Below the pieces are notes generated by a model. The model saw nothing but the letters and a program-made list of their open reading frames with translations. It was not told where the DNA came from and made no database searches. A stretch of 64,000 nucleotides of DNA from an uncultured Phycisphaerales bacterium (GTDB lineage: Bacteria; Planctomycetota; Phycisphaerae; Tepidisphaerales; Tepidisphaeraceae): contig CAVWLP010000003.1 in NCBI GenBank assembly GCA_963755915.1, positions 288,001 to 352,000 on the forward strand. Reading direction: 5' to 3'. The position numbers were made by a program, and so were the translations under genes. Below, piece after piece: positions 44,187 through 54,009 of this stretch; the stretch's first letter is position 1; each line of letters starts with the position of its first letter.

Positions 44187-45179
44187 TTACCACCAGAAAT
44201 AGACGCCGGTCTTGCTAATGGCTGTGTTACCGGGGATGTAAACCCTGGGAACCATTTGTGTAAACGGACGCCATTCCGCATGTCCATCCATGAACAGGAT
44301 ATTCCCACCAGACGGTTCGCGTCCGTAGAGATGCGCGCTTGGCTCGGGAGTCGGCCAGCCGCCGATAACCAGGTAGTCGTAAGTAGCGCGCTCCCCGTTT
44401 GTCAAGTTCGTGAAGGTTTGGCTAACCACTGCATCGAGCACAAGTTCCGTTTGGGAGGAAAGCGCCGGCCTGGAGACCTTAAACCGGTTAGCGGTCGCGA
44501 TGGGCTTGGTTAATTTGGTCTGAAGATTCCAAAAGTAGGTGGTGCTGGCGTTGGAAAGCGAATTCCCTTCATTTTCAGTCAACCACAAGTTGTTGAGGTT
44601 TGGGTCCAGCCGCTGGATCAGGAAGACGTAACCCATAACGCCAAATCCGGCCGAATCAACATTCGTTCCCTGACTGGGGACGAGCTGATGCGTGACGACT
44701 GGGTAGTTGTAGGAAACGTTGAAATCCCATTCGCTGGGTCCCACTCCCAATGAACCGGGGACGTTGGCGAGATCCTGAGTCTCCTTATTGCTTGGGCAAT
44801 AAAACGCATCGTGGGTAACGCCATATCTGACGAGCAGATCGCGCATGGGAGCGGACATGTCCCACATCCAGTTTTCGGTCGGAGCGGTTGGATACCACCC
44901 GCCATTGCAAGCCTTTGCCGGCAGCCAGCCGGCATTGTCGGCCGCATAGGCAAACAGGGCTCCGGCGATATTGTGCTCCTGGGCGGCGCACTGCACGATC
45001 TGGGCCTGCTGCCTGGCTTTGGTCAGGGCGGGAAGAAGAATCCCGATCAGGATCGCTATGATTCCGATGACCACCAGTAATTCCACGAGCGTGAAACCGC
45101 GTCGGTTTTCCGTATGATTTACCGCATGATTTTCCACGAATTTCCTCCGAAGCGATCGATCGTTGTATTGTGTGTGCAC
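44187..45179 (-). CDS. Prepilin-type N-terminal cleavage protein with H-X9-DG C-terminal motif (DUF1559-like)
   Basis: GFTLVELLVVIGIIAILIGILLPAL; FYCPS; HLYG..GGNILFMDGH; AAGGAG before GTG. Confidence 0.9.
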   Translation of the reverse strand: MHTQYNDRSLRRKFVENHAVNHTENRRGFTLVELLVVIGIIAILIGILLPALTKARQQAQIVQCAAQEHNIAGALFAYAADNAGWLPAKACNGGWYPTAPTENWMWDMSAPMRDLLVRYGVTHDAFYCPSNKETQDLANVPGSLGVGPSEWDFNVSYNYPVVTHQLVPSQGTNVDSAGFGVMGYVFLIQRLDPNLNNLWLTENEGNSLSNASTTYFWNLQTKLTKPIATANRFKVSRPALSSQTELVLDAVVSQTFTNLTNGERATYDYLVIGGWPTPEPSAHLYGREPSGGNILFMDGHAEWRPFTQMVPRVYIPGNTAISKTGVYFWW

Positions 45180-45570
45180 GAGCAACTCCTTGAAGTTTCC
45201 GCGGGATGGGGCACGCACCGACTTATGATTTTCGCCAATGGATTTGCACTCCCATAGACGCGATCGATCAATCGACATGAAACCACTCCGAACAACGTGC
45301 CGTCTGTATCGAGATTGCGGATGCGTCCCTTTATGAGACTTTCAGAGGCTCCCGCAGAGACTCATGGGGGGACGGATCGCTCCTCTTCGAAATCCTTCCC
45401 CAGCACGTGATTTCACAGCATAAACATCACTCTGAAAGTTTACAAGCATTTTTTTCTTTCACACAGAAAATAACTCGGTATACTCTCCATCCGTTGACCT
45501 GCGGTGGTTTAATAAGAGCGGGTCGGCAAAGTGTCATTTCACGGCTCAATACATCACATTCGGAGGAGAC

Positions 45571-48500
45571 ATGCAGTCGAGGACAAAGGCAAAGTTAACG
45601 GCAGCAGTAGCGGCTTTCACGGGCAGTATTCTGACCTTCGGCCACTATGCGATGGCACAGAACGACACGTGGGCGGTAGACACCGCAGGCAATGGGTCGG
45701 GGAGTTTTAACACGCCCGGAAACTGGAGCACCGCCGCCGTTCCTACCGGGGCGGCAACGGCGTTCTTCAATGAGAACATCACCTCCACCAGCACGATCAC
45801 GCTGGATGGATCCCAGACATTGGGAACCGTGAACTTCGGAAACACCAACGCGTCGAGCAACGCGGGATGGGTGATCAATACCGGCACGGGCGGCCCGCTG
45901 AATCTCAACAATCCCGGCTACAACATTTTTACCGTGAACCAGGCGACCGGGCAGACGGAAGTCGTCACGATCAATGCCACGCTTGCGAACGGCAACAACG
46001 GTGATAACGAGTTGGCCAAGGGCGGACGCGGAACCCTGGTTCTCACAGGGAACAACAGCGCGCTCTCGGGTACTGTGGCGATCAATGACGGTGTATTGGA
46101 ACTCAACTTCGCTGCGCCGGGAGCACCGGCAACCAACATCCTTGGAGACGACGGGGCGGCCACCCCCGATGCGGGCTCGACACACCTTGAGGATCAAGGG
46201 GGCACTCTGGTTCTCAACGGCGCAAGCGGTGGAACAAACAGCCAGACCTTCAGCAACGGAACGGGCCTGGAATTGGGCGACTCCAGCATCGTGCTAAATC
46301 AGAATGGCGCGGCATCGCTGTCGTTGAATCTGGGCCTCCTGCAGCACAACTGGGCCAGCTCCCTTGATATTCAGCTCCCCACCACGGGAACGGTCTCGCT
46401 CACCCTCGCAGCCACCGGTGGCAACCAGGCTTTTGGCACCACCACCAGCACGGGCGGACTCCTGGTCGACACCGGAGGCATGGCCTTCGCGACCGTTAAC
46501 AACGGCGCCGACTGGGCCGCGGTCGTAACCAACACCATGACCTCCACCAGTAGCATCGTTGCCGGCTCGTCCCTTCCAACTTTCTATACCGCAAGCACCG
46601 CGACGACTCTCTCCGGAAACGCGGATGTGAGTGGAGCCGTGACGCTGCCGGCCAGCACGAACACCACCGTGACCTCCCTTCGGTTCAACGGGGCGGCAAC
46701 CAGCATCGATATCGGCGGAGCCACCAACACGCTGACCACCGCGGGCATTCTCATGACCCCCTCTGCCACCGGAAACGTGACGATTTCCGACGGCAATCTG
46801 GTCACCTCGGCCACCAATGAGCTTTTTATCGATCAGAATAATGCGACCAACACCCTGACGATCAGCGCCAATCTCACCGGTGGCGGCGACATCCTCAAGA
46901 GCGGAGCGGGAACTCTTGTTTTGAGCGGCAACGATACTCAGTCGGGCTGGAACTACCTGAACAGCGGTACGACGGTTCTTGCCGGCGGCGGCACACGCGG
47001 AGTCGAGGCAAGCGCCGGCGACACGTATGTCGGCCAGGCATTCGGCAACACCTCAACGCTCGACATCGTCAACGGAACCTGGAATTCCGGCAGGACGGTC
47101 ATGGCCGGAAATCCGGGCAACTACTCGGGCGGAACCGGTACCATCAACCAGACCGGCGGAACCATCAATTCCAACTATTGGTTCACCGTGGGCGGTTTCG
47201 GCCAAGGCACTTACAACAATAGCGGCGGCGTTTTGAACACGAACCCGCTCGGTTTCGGTGTTTCAGAACTGGAAATCGGGGTCTTCACAACCGGATCCGG
47301 TGTGGTCAACCTCAGCGGCACTGGTCAGATCAACATCGACAACAACGGCACCATCTCTTTCGGCGACGTTAACGGTAACGCCGCCCAAACCGGCGTGTTC
47401 AACCAGAACGGCGGAGCCGTAACTTTTTATAGCGACGGCGGCTCCACGGTTGGCGGAGGCGGTGGCATCAATTTAGGAATAGGCGGCGTTGGCACCTATA
47501 CCTATAACCTCAATGCCGGAACCCTTACCGTACCGACCATCGGCCACAGCACAGGCACGGCGATTTTCAACTTCAACGGTGGAACGCTTCAGGCCGCGGA
47601 GGCCACGGCGGGCTTCATGGGTGGTATCACTCATGCCTATGTGCAGGCAGGCGGCGCCAACATCAATACGAATGGCTATAATGTTACCGTGTCACAGCCG
47701 CTCTCCAGCGGTGTTACGGGCCCGGCAGTGGACGGCGGATTGACCAAGCTTGGCGTGGGCACCCTTGTGCTTTCCGTCGCGTCGACCTATACCGGCGCCA
47801 CGACAATCACGCAGGGTACCGTCCAGCTTCCGGCCGTTGGTATCCCCACGGCAGTCGCCTCATATTCTTTCGATAGCTTTACTCCTAGTTCGAACCCCCT
47901 GCCGCAAAACACTGTTATCCCCAATACCGGTTCGGGCGGTTCGGCCCTGAACGGCATCATCGATAATACTTACTACACGGGCGGCTCGACCAGTGGCGCG
48001 ACCATTGTTTCGCCTGGCCCGACCATTGGTTCCTTGACGACCCATGCCTTGCAATTGGACGGCTCGGGAACCGACGTGCTGATTAACTCTCAGATCGTCG
48101 ACATGAGCAATGCCGCGAGCTGGACGTTCTCGGCGTGGATTCAAACCACGGTCGACGGGTCGGCGTTCCTGAGCAAGGGAACGAACAACGGAAGTTCCTG
48201 GACGACGGGAAACACAGTGTTCTATCTGGGCGCTAATCCGGTCAGCGGGACGCCCGGGCCGTATCCAACCGGCGTCCGTTACGCGGGTGGATTCGTCCAG
48301 GGCACCACGCCTGTTGACGACGGCAACTGGCACATGGTTACCTTCGTCGATGCCGGCGGTACCGAAACCGTCTACGTGGATGGGAATGCCGTGACTTCCT
48401 TGACCTATCCCAACATGGCCGGCTCCGATGCCAGCAACAGCACGCTGATTGGATACGACGAAGACGCGCTGTCGGATCTGGACGGCAACTCGAACTATGC

Positions 48501-49590
48501 CGGCAACCTGGATGAACTGAACTTCTTTAACACGGCTCTATCGGCAACGCAGGTCAATGAGCTGAAGAACACCAACAGCGTGTCAACCGCAGGCGGATCC
48601 CAGCAGATTCTCCCCGCCACGACACCTGTGAATATTACCGCCAGCGGCGCGTCACTTGACCTCAACAGTGAGAACCAATCGATCGGCTCTCTTGCCGGCG
48701 TGGCAGGATCGGCCGTGACCCTTGAAACGGGAACTCTTACCACCGGCGGAAACAACACGTCGACGGCGTTCGCCGGAAGCATTTCGGGCTCGGGAGGTTT
48801 GGTGAAGAACGGCACGGGCACGCAGACCCTCAGCGGTTCCAACAGCTATAGCGGAGGCACAACCGTTAATGCTGGCGAGCTGCTGATTGCGGCCAACGGA
48901 GCACTGCCCGATGGGGCACTCGCCATCACGGGCGGCACGGCTCAGTTGGGCCACCAAACCGGCCTCGCCAGCCTCACCTCGTTGTCGATCAGCGGCGGTA
49001 TCTTCGACATCACGAATAACCACGTGCTGATCACCTACGGCGCCAGCGACCCGGTCGGTTCCATTTACGCCTACCTGAAGAGTGGCTTCAACAACGGCGG
49101 TTGGAACGGTGCAACGGGAATCATCTCCAGCACCGCCCAAACCCTCACCAACGGATTCCGCTATGGCGTCGGCTGGGCGGACGGGGCCGATGGGACGCAT
49201 AACGTCGCCGGCCTGGTTAGCGGTGAGATCGAGCTGAAGTACACCCTCCTTGGCGACGCCAATCTCGACGGCAGCGTCAACGGGAGCGACTTCTCGATCC
49301 TGGCCGCGAACTTCGGGCTGGGCGTCACCAACTGGGACCAGGGCAACTTCCTGTTTAGCAGCTCTGTGAACGGTTCGGACTTCAGCGCGTTGGCCGCGAA
49401 CTTCGGCCAGGGCGACAGCGGCGCGGATACGTCGGTGACACCCGCCGACATCGCTGCTCTCGACGCCTTCGCCGCCGCAAACAATTTGGCGGTTCCGACG
49501 ATCGGCGCCGTTCCGGAACCTGCAACAACGGGAATCCTGCTGATGGCTGCGACCGGCTTGATCGCTCGCCGGCGTCGCAGACAGGAGTAG
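45571..49590 (+). CDS. Large PEP-CTERM surface protein: autotransporter-associated beta repeats, LamG-like domain, dockerin-like module
   Basis: Signal peptide, repeated K.G.GTL.L.G.N.Y.G.T motifs, DGNWHMV/GNLDEL LamG, GDANLDG, VPEP-TM-RRRR. Confidence 0.9.
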   Translation: MQSRTKAKLTAAVAAFTGSILTFGHYAMAQNDTWAVDTAGNGSGSFNTPGNWSTAAVPTGAATAFFNENITSTSTITLDGSQTLGTVNFGNTNASSNAGWVINTGTGGPLNLNNPGYNIFTVNQATGQTEVVTINATLANGNNGDNELAKGGRGTLVLTGNNSALSGTVAINDGVLELNFAAPGAPATNILGDDGAATPDAGSTHLEDQGGTLVLNGASGGTNSQTFSNGTGLELGDSSIVLNQNGAASLSLNLGLLQHNWASSLDIQLPTTGTVSLTLAATGGNQAFGTTTSTGGLLVDTGGMAFATVNNGADWAAVVTNTMTSTSSIVAGSSLPTFYTASTATTLSGNADVSGAVTLPASTNTTVTSLRFNGAATSIDIGGATNTLTTAGILMTPSATGNVTISDGNLVTSATNELFIDQNNATNTLTISANLTGGGDILKSGAGTLVLSGNDTQSGWNYLNSGTTVLAGGGTRGVEASAGDTYVGQAFGNTSTLDIVNGTWNSGRTVMAGNPGNYSGGTGTINQTGGTINSNYWFTVGGFGQGTYNNSGGVLNTNPLGFGVSELEIGVFTTGSGVVNLSGTGQINIDNNGTISFGDVNGNAAQTGVFNQNGGAVTFYSDGGSTVGGGGGINLGIGGVGTYTYNLNAGTLTVPTIGHSTGTAIFNFNGGTLQAAEATAGFMGGITHAYVQAGGANINTNGYNVTVSQPLSSGVTGPAVDGGLTKLGVGTLVLSVASTYTGATTITQGTVQLPAVGIPTAVASYSFDSFTPSSNPLPQNTVIPNTGSGGSALNGIIDNTYYTGGSTSGATIVSPGPTIGSLTTHALQLDGSGTDVLINSQIVDMSNAASWTFSAWIQTTVDGSAFLSKGTNNGSSWTTGNTVFYLGANPVSGTPGPYPTGVRYAGGFVQGTTPVDDGNWHMVTFVDAGGTETVYVDGNAVTSLTYPNMAGSDASNSTLIGYDEDALSDLDGNSNYAGNLDELNFFNTALSATQVNELKNTNSVSTAGGSQQILPATTPVNITASGASLDLNSENQSIGSLAGVAGSAVTLETGTLTTGGNNTSTAFAGSISGSGGLVKNGTGTQTLSGSNSYSGGTTVNAGELLIAANGALPDGALAITGGTAQLGHQTGLASLTSLSISGGIFDITNNHVLITYGASDPVGSIYAYLKSGFNNGGWNGATGIISSTAQTLTNGFRYGVGWADGADGTHNVAGLVSGEIELKYTLLGDANLDGSVNGSDFSILAANFGLGVTNWDQGNFLFSSSVNGSDFSALAANFGQGDSGADTSVTPADIAALDAFAAANNLAVPTIGAVPEPATTGILLMAATGLIARRRRRQE

Positions 49591-49601
49591 GGGAATACGA
49601 A

Positions 49602-49628
49602 AGGGGGCCGGGTAAAACCGGCCCCTCT
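49602..49628 (+). terminator. Probable intrinsic terminator
   Basis: GGGGCCGG..CCGGCCCC stem just after the stop codon; weak U tract. Confidence 0.55.
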
Positions 49629-49769
49629 GTCAAACTTTCTCGGGTTTTCTTTCGCCTGCAGACCAGTCCACGGGACGGGTCTATCAGGCGAAACCGTGGA
49701 ATGTACGCTTATGTAACCAAGGATTAGTTCTTGACTGACGCGCTTTCCGGAGATAATTGCTTCCTTTGG

Positions 49770-50915
49770 ATGGCGACCTCGTCACACCTAAGGAAGATCA
49801 ACCAGCGTAAAATCGTGCATTCGATGCTACGGCTCCAGACCAGCACGTCGCGCACGGCGCTGGCCGAGATGGCTGGAATGAGCCAGGCGACCGTCGGCCG
49901 AATCGTGGACGATTTGATCTCGCAGTCCGTACTTTCCGAGGTCGAAACCGAGGAAGGCCGGCCGCGTTCGGATTCGCGGCAACTTGGCCGCCCCTCGAAA
50001 CTTCTGGAGCTCGACAAGGTTCGGCCCCGTTTCCTGCTGATTCAGCTCGGAGTCCGTCAAACCCGCCTGGCGCTTTCCTCCGTTGCAATTCCCACAACCG
50101 ACCGCTGGTCGATTATGTTCGCAACCCCTCGGATGAAGTCCGACTGGTTTGCGAAGCTGGCCCGCGTCTGCCGGAAGATTTCACTCCGCGGGATCGACGC
50201 CATCATCATGAGCTGCCCGGGGGTGGTCGACGAATCGGAAGGCCGGATTTTGCTCTGCCCCAACATCCACTGGGCCGAGGAAGCCAATTTCGCTTCGGGG
50301 TTGCGGTCGATCGCCCGATTGCCGGTTGTGTTTATCCAGGAGATTCGCGCGCTGGCGCTGGGGCAGTTGGCGGTCGAGCCGGCGCTCAAGGATTTTCTGC
50401 TCGTCGATGTCGGAGACGGCATGGGGGGCGCTTCCATTGTCGGCTCGAAGCTGGAAACAGGGCATCTGCCGCTCAGCGGCGAGCTAGGACACACGCCCGT
50501 GCTGGGCAATACGCGCAAATGCGGGTGCGGGGCCATCGGATGCACCGAGACCCTGATTTCCCGCAAGGGGATTCTCAAGAGTTTCCGCGACAATGCCGAC
50601 ATCCGCACCTGGCCGGCGCTGATGAGCTATGTGCAGGAGGCGGGTTTGCCGGAGTGGTTCAAGGTTTCGCTGGACGCGGTGGCGATCACCGTCGCCGGCG
50701 CCTTGAACGTCGAGGGAATCGCCAACGTGATTTTCACGGGCAATCTTTCTGAATTCCCCCCGGAGGCAACCGACTATCTCTGCCAGAAGGTTCGCGAGCA
50801 CGCGATGTGGAGCCGGCTGGGGGAGGTCGGAGCGCGAATCGCGCCGCGGCACCGCATGGCGGGCATGGTCTGGGCCGGGATCGATCGCGTGCTGTTCGCC
50901 GTCATGTCCTCTTAA
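49770..50915 (+). CDS. ROK-family transcriptional regulator
   Basis: N-terminal HTH (SRTALAEMAGMSQATV, GRP), SGELGH, CGCGAIGCTE. Confidence 0.9.
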   Translation: MATSSHLRKINQRKIVHSMLRLQTSTSRTALAEMAGMSQATVGRIVDDLISQSVLSEVETEEGRPRSDSRQLGRPSKLLELDKVRPRFLLIQLGVRQTRLALSSVAIPTTDRWSIMFATPRMKSDWFAKLARVCRKISLRGIDAIIMSCPGVVDESEGRILLCPNIHWAEEANFASGLRSIARLPVVFIQEIRALALGQLAVEPALKDFLLVDVGDGMGGASIVGSKLETGHLPLSGELGHTPVLGNTRKCGCGAIGCTETLISRKGILKSFRDNADIRTWPALMSYVQEAGLPEWFKVSLDAVAITVAGALNVEGIANVIFTGNLSEFPPEATDYLCQKVREHAMWSRLGEVGARIAPRHRMAGMVWAGIDRVLFAVMSS

Positions 50916-50953
50916 AAAACTCTCTGAATCTCAAAACCGGAAGGAGCGAAGCG

Positions 50954-51917
50954 ATGTTCTCGAAAAAATTGGCCTTTCTTTGTCTTGTCTGCGCAGTCGC
51001 CCTCGGCCTGGGGCCGTGGGCTTCGGCCTGCGCACGCGAAGAAAGTAAAGCTCGCGTTTGTGACCAACAACGCCGCGGATTTCTGGACCATTTGCCGGGC
51101 CGGGTGCATGAAGGCGGCGGAGGAAAACCCCGATATCGACGTCGATTTCCAGATGCTGGGCGACGCCAGCCCGGCAGGACAGAAGCGCGTCGTCGACGAC
51201 CTGCTGGCGCGGGGAATCGACGGCATGGCGATCAGCCCCGTCGATCCCGTCAATGAAACGCCGATGCTCAACGATGCCGCGCAGCAGATCACCGTCTTCT
51301 GCAGCGACAGCGACGCCGCCAATTCGCAGCGTGCCTGCTACATCGGCACGAACAATGTCGATGCGGGCAAACAGGCGGGAGGATTGATCAAGGAAGCGAT
51401 TCCCAGTGGCGGGAAGATCATGCTCTTTGTCGGGAAGCTGGATGCGCAGAATGCCAAGGACCGAATCGCGGGGATTCGCCAGGCGCTGGATGGGTCGAAC
51501 GTGCAGATCCTCGACGTCCGCACGGATGACACGGATGCCGTGCGGGCAAAGGCCAATGCGCAAGACACTCTCGTGAAATATCCGGACATCGCGGCCCTTG
51601 TCGGGCTTTGGAGCTACAACGGGCCGGCGATTCTCGGGGCCGTGCGCGATGCCGGAAAATCGGGGCAGGTGAAGATCGTCTGCTTTGATTCGGATGCCGA
51701 GACGCTTTCCGGGATCAAGAGCGGGGAGATTTATGCGACGGTGGTGCAGCAGCCGTTTGAGTTTGGCAGGCTTTCGATGCTGAACCTCGCCAAGGTAATC
51801 AACGGCGACAATTCCGTGGTTCCGGATACGAAGCAGATTTTTATTCCGACCCTGGCGATCAAGAAGGATAACGTGGATGACTTCGTGGCGCAGCAGAATA
51901 AGCTGCTGGGGAAATGA
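50954..51917 (+). CDS. Sugar ABC substrate-binding protein (frameshift near 51030)
   Basis: AAGGAG RBS and signal peptide; FVTNNAADFW, YIGTNN, TVVQQPFEFG. Confidence 0.88.
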
Positions 51918-51928
51918 GCCGGATTATT

Positions 51929-51956
51929 CACCGGGGAGATCGCGGAGAGCGCGGAG
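51929..51956 (+). repeat. 9-bp-period triplet repeat (CACCGGGGAGATCGCGGAGAGCGCGGAG)
   Basis: Three CGSGGAG units at 9-nt spacing. Confidence 0.5.
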
Positions 51957-52003
51957 ATTTTTCTTGTGAGGCAATTGCGTTTTGGGGGTTTGGACCCTTC
52001 AAT

Positions 52004-52083
52004 ACAAAACTGGACAGTCCGCAACAAAATGGGTGGGATGGGCAAAATAGGTAAGGGGAAATCGGGGTTTTGGTACTTATTTG
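52004..52083 (+). repeat. Dispersed repeat copy C
   Basis: Core ACAGTCCGCAAC at 52014-52025 plus three 9-mers; its tail resembles that of copy B. Confidence 0.75.
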
Positions 52084-52207
52084 ACCACAGATTGTCATGG
52101 GGCGCAAAACCGGCCAATTGAGGGCGCGCCAAAACCGGCCATTTTGAGGCACAGGAGATTGGGTTATCGACCTTGGCTTTCGGCGGTTGCCGCAAGCCAA
52201 TGGTGGG

Positions 52208-54009
52208 ATGGCCAATCAACTCAAGATGGCGGAAGTACAAGCAATTTTGGCACTTGCGCCAGCGGCTGGTCCAATCGGAACATCGCCCGCCAACTCGGCG
52301 TTCACCGGGAGACCGTTGGACGCCACATCCGGTTGTCGGGCGGCGATCCTGCGGCGCCCGGATCGGATTCAAAACCGGCCAGCGCGCCCTCGGCTCGACG
52401 GTGCTCGCCGCAGGCGGCTCGACGGTGCTCGCCGCAGGCGGCTCGACGGTGCTCGCCGCAGGCGGCTCGACGGTGCTCGCCGCAGGCGGCTCGACGGTGC
52501 TCGCCGCAGGCGGCTCGACGGTGCTCGCCGCAGGCGGCTCGACGGTGCTCGCCGCAGGCGGCTCGACGGTGCTCGCCGCAGGCGGCTCGGAGAGCGCGCC
52601 ACCGGGTTATCCGGCGCGCCCATCGGGTCGGTCAGTACGGCATCGCCCTGGCGTGAGGTCATTGTTCAGAAGTTGGAAGCCGGGCTGACGGCCCAGCGGA
52701 TTTATCAAGACATCTCCAGCGATCACGGCTATGCCGGCAGCTATTACAGCGTGCGCCGGTTCATCAAGAAGCTCTCGGCTGCCGCGCCGGCGCCCTTTCG
52801 CCGGATGGAATGCGAGCCGGGAGCCGAGGCGCAGGTGGACTTCGGCCGGGGTGCGCCCTGGTCGGTCCTGACGGCAAACGCAAAGCAACCTGGGTCTTCC
52901 GCATTGTGCTGAGCCACAGCCGCAAGGGGTACGCCGAGGCGGTGGAGCGGCAGACGACCGATGATTTTCTGCGTTGTCTGGAAAATGCCTTTACGCACTT
53001 CGGCGGGATGCCGTCAGCGCTGGTGATCGACAATCTTCGCGCGGCGGTGACGCGGGCGGACTGGTTCGAGGCGGAGTTGTGTCCCAAGGTCCGGTCGTTC
53101 GCCGAACATTATGGAATCGCCATTCTGCCCACCAAGCCGTACACGCCGCGGCACAAGGGGAAGATCGAGCGGGGCATCGGCTATGTGAAGAGCAATGCTC
53201 TCAAAGGCCGGCAATTCGCCTCGCTCTCGGATCAGAACGCGCATCTGCTGACGTGGGAGAAGAGCGTGGCCGACACGCGCATCCACGGCACGACGCGGCG
53301 GCAGGTGAAGGAAGTCTTCGAGCAGGTAGAGAAGCCGGCACTGTTGGCTCTGCCGCCGGTGCGATTCGATCTTTTCACCGAGGCGTTGCGCAGTGTTCAC
53401 CGCGACGGGCACGTGGAGATCAAGGGGGCGTACTATTCGGTCCCGCCGGAGTTTTTGGGCCAGCGGGTCTGGGCGCGGTGGGACGGGCGCACGGTCCGGC
53501 TGTTCGATCAGAAGATGCGTGCGATCGCTCTGCACGCGCAGCGTCCGCCGGGCAGGTTCTCGACGCAAGACGCCCATATCCTGCCGGAGAAGATCAGCGG
53601 CATCGAGCGTGGAACGACCTGGCTTCTCCAGCGGATCGAATGCATCGGGCCGCACGCCACGCAGTGGGCGCAGTCAATGCTTCAGCATCGCGGCATCGAA
53701 GGCGTGCGCGTGTTGATGGGGCTGCTGTCGCTGGCCAATCAGCAGCCGCGACCGGCCGTGGAACGAGCCTGCGAGATTGCTCTGGGGCATGGCGCGTATC
53801 ACCTGCGCTCCCTGCGGCAGCTCATCGAACACCAAAACGGCGCGCCGGTTCAACAACACTTCGAGTTTGTTCAGGAACATCCAATCATCCGCGGACTGGC
53901 CGATTACGGACAGTTCGTACGCGACGCAATCACCCAAGCGGAGGCTTTGCCTGCCGCACAACCTTTACAGGCCTGCCCTGAGCAGAGCCGAAGGGAGTCC
54001 ACCCCATGA
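52208..54009 (+). CDS. istA: IS21 transposase IstA (several frameshifts between 52255 and 52860)
   Basis: MANQLKMA, SNRNIARQLGVHRETV HTH, EAQVDFG, IDNLRA, KGKIER. Confidence 0.9.
52391..52582 (+). repeat. Perfect tandem array, 8 x 24 bp (CGGCTCGACGGTGCTCGCCGCAGG), inside istA
   Basis: Eight identical units counted, followed by a partial CGGCTCG. Confidence 0.97.
53972..53995 (-). repeat. 24-bp micro-element (CCCTTCGGCTCTGCTCAGGGCAGG)
   Basis: Same core and tail as the tandem unit, with a CCCT/AGGG stem. Confidence 0.75.

Noticed and set aside
52391-52582. Tandem array as a CRISPR or guide-RNA array
   Set aside because: Units are contiguous and identical with no spacers; no cas genes; lies inside istA
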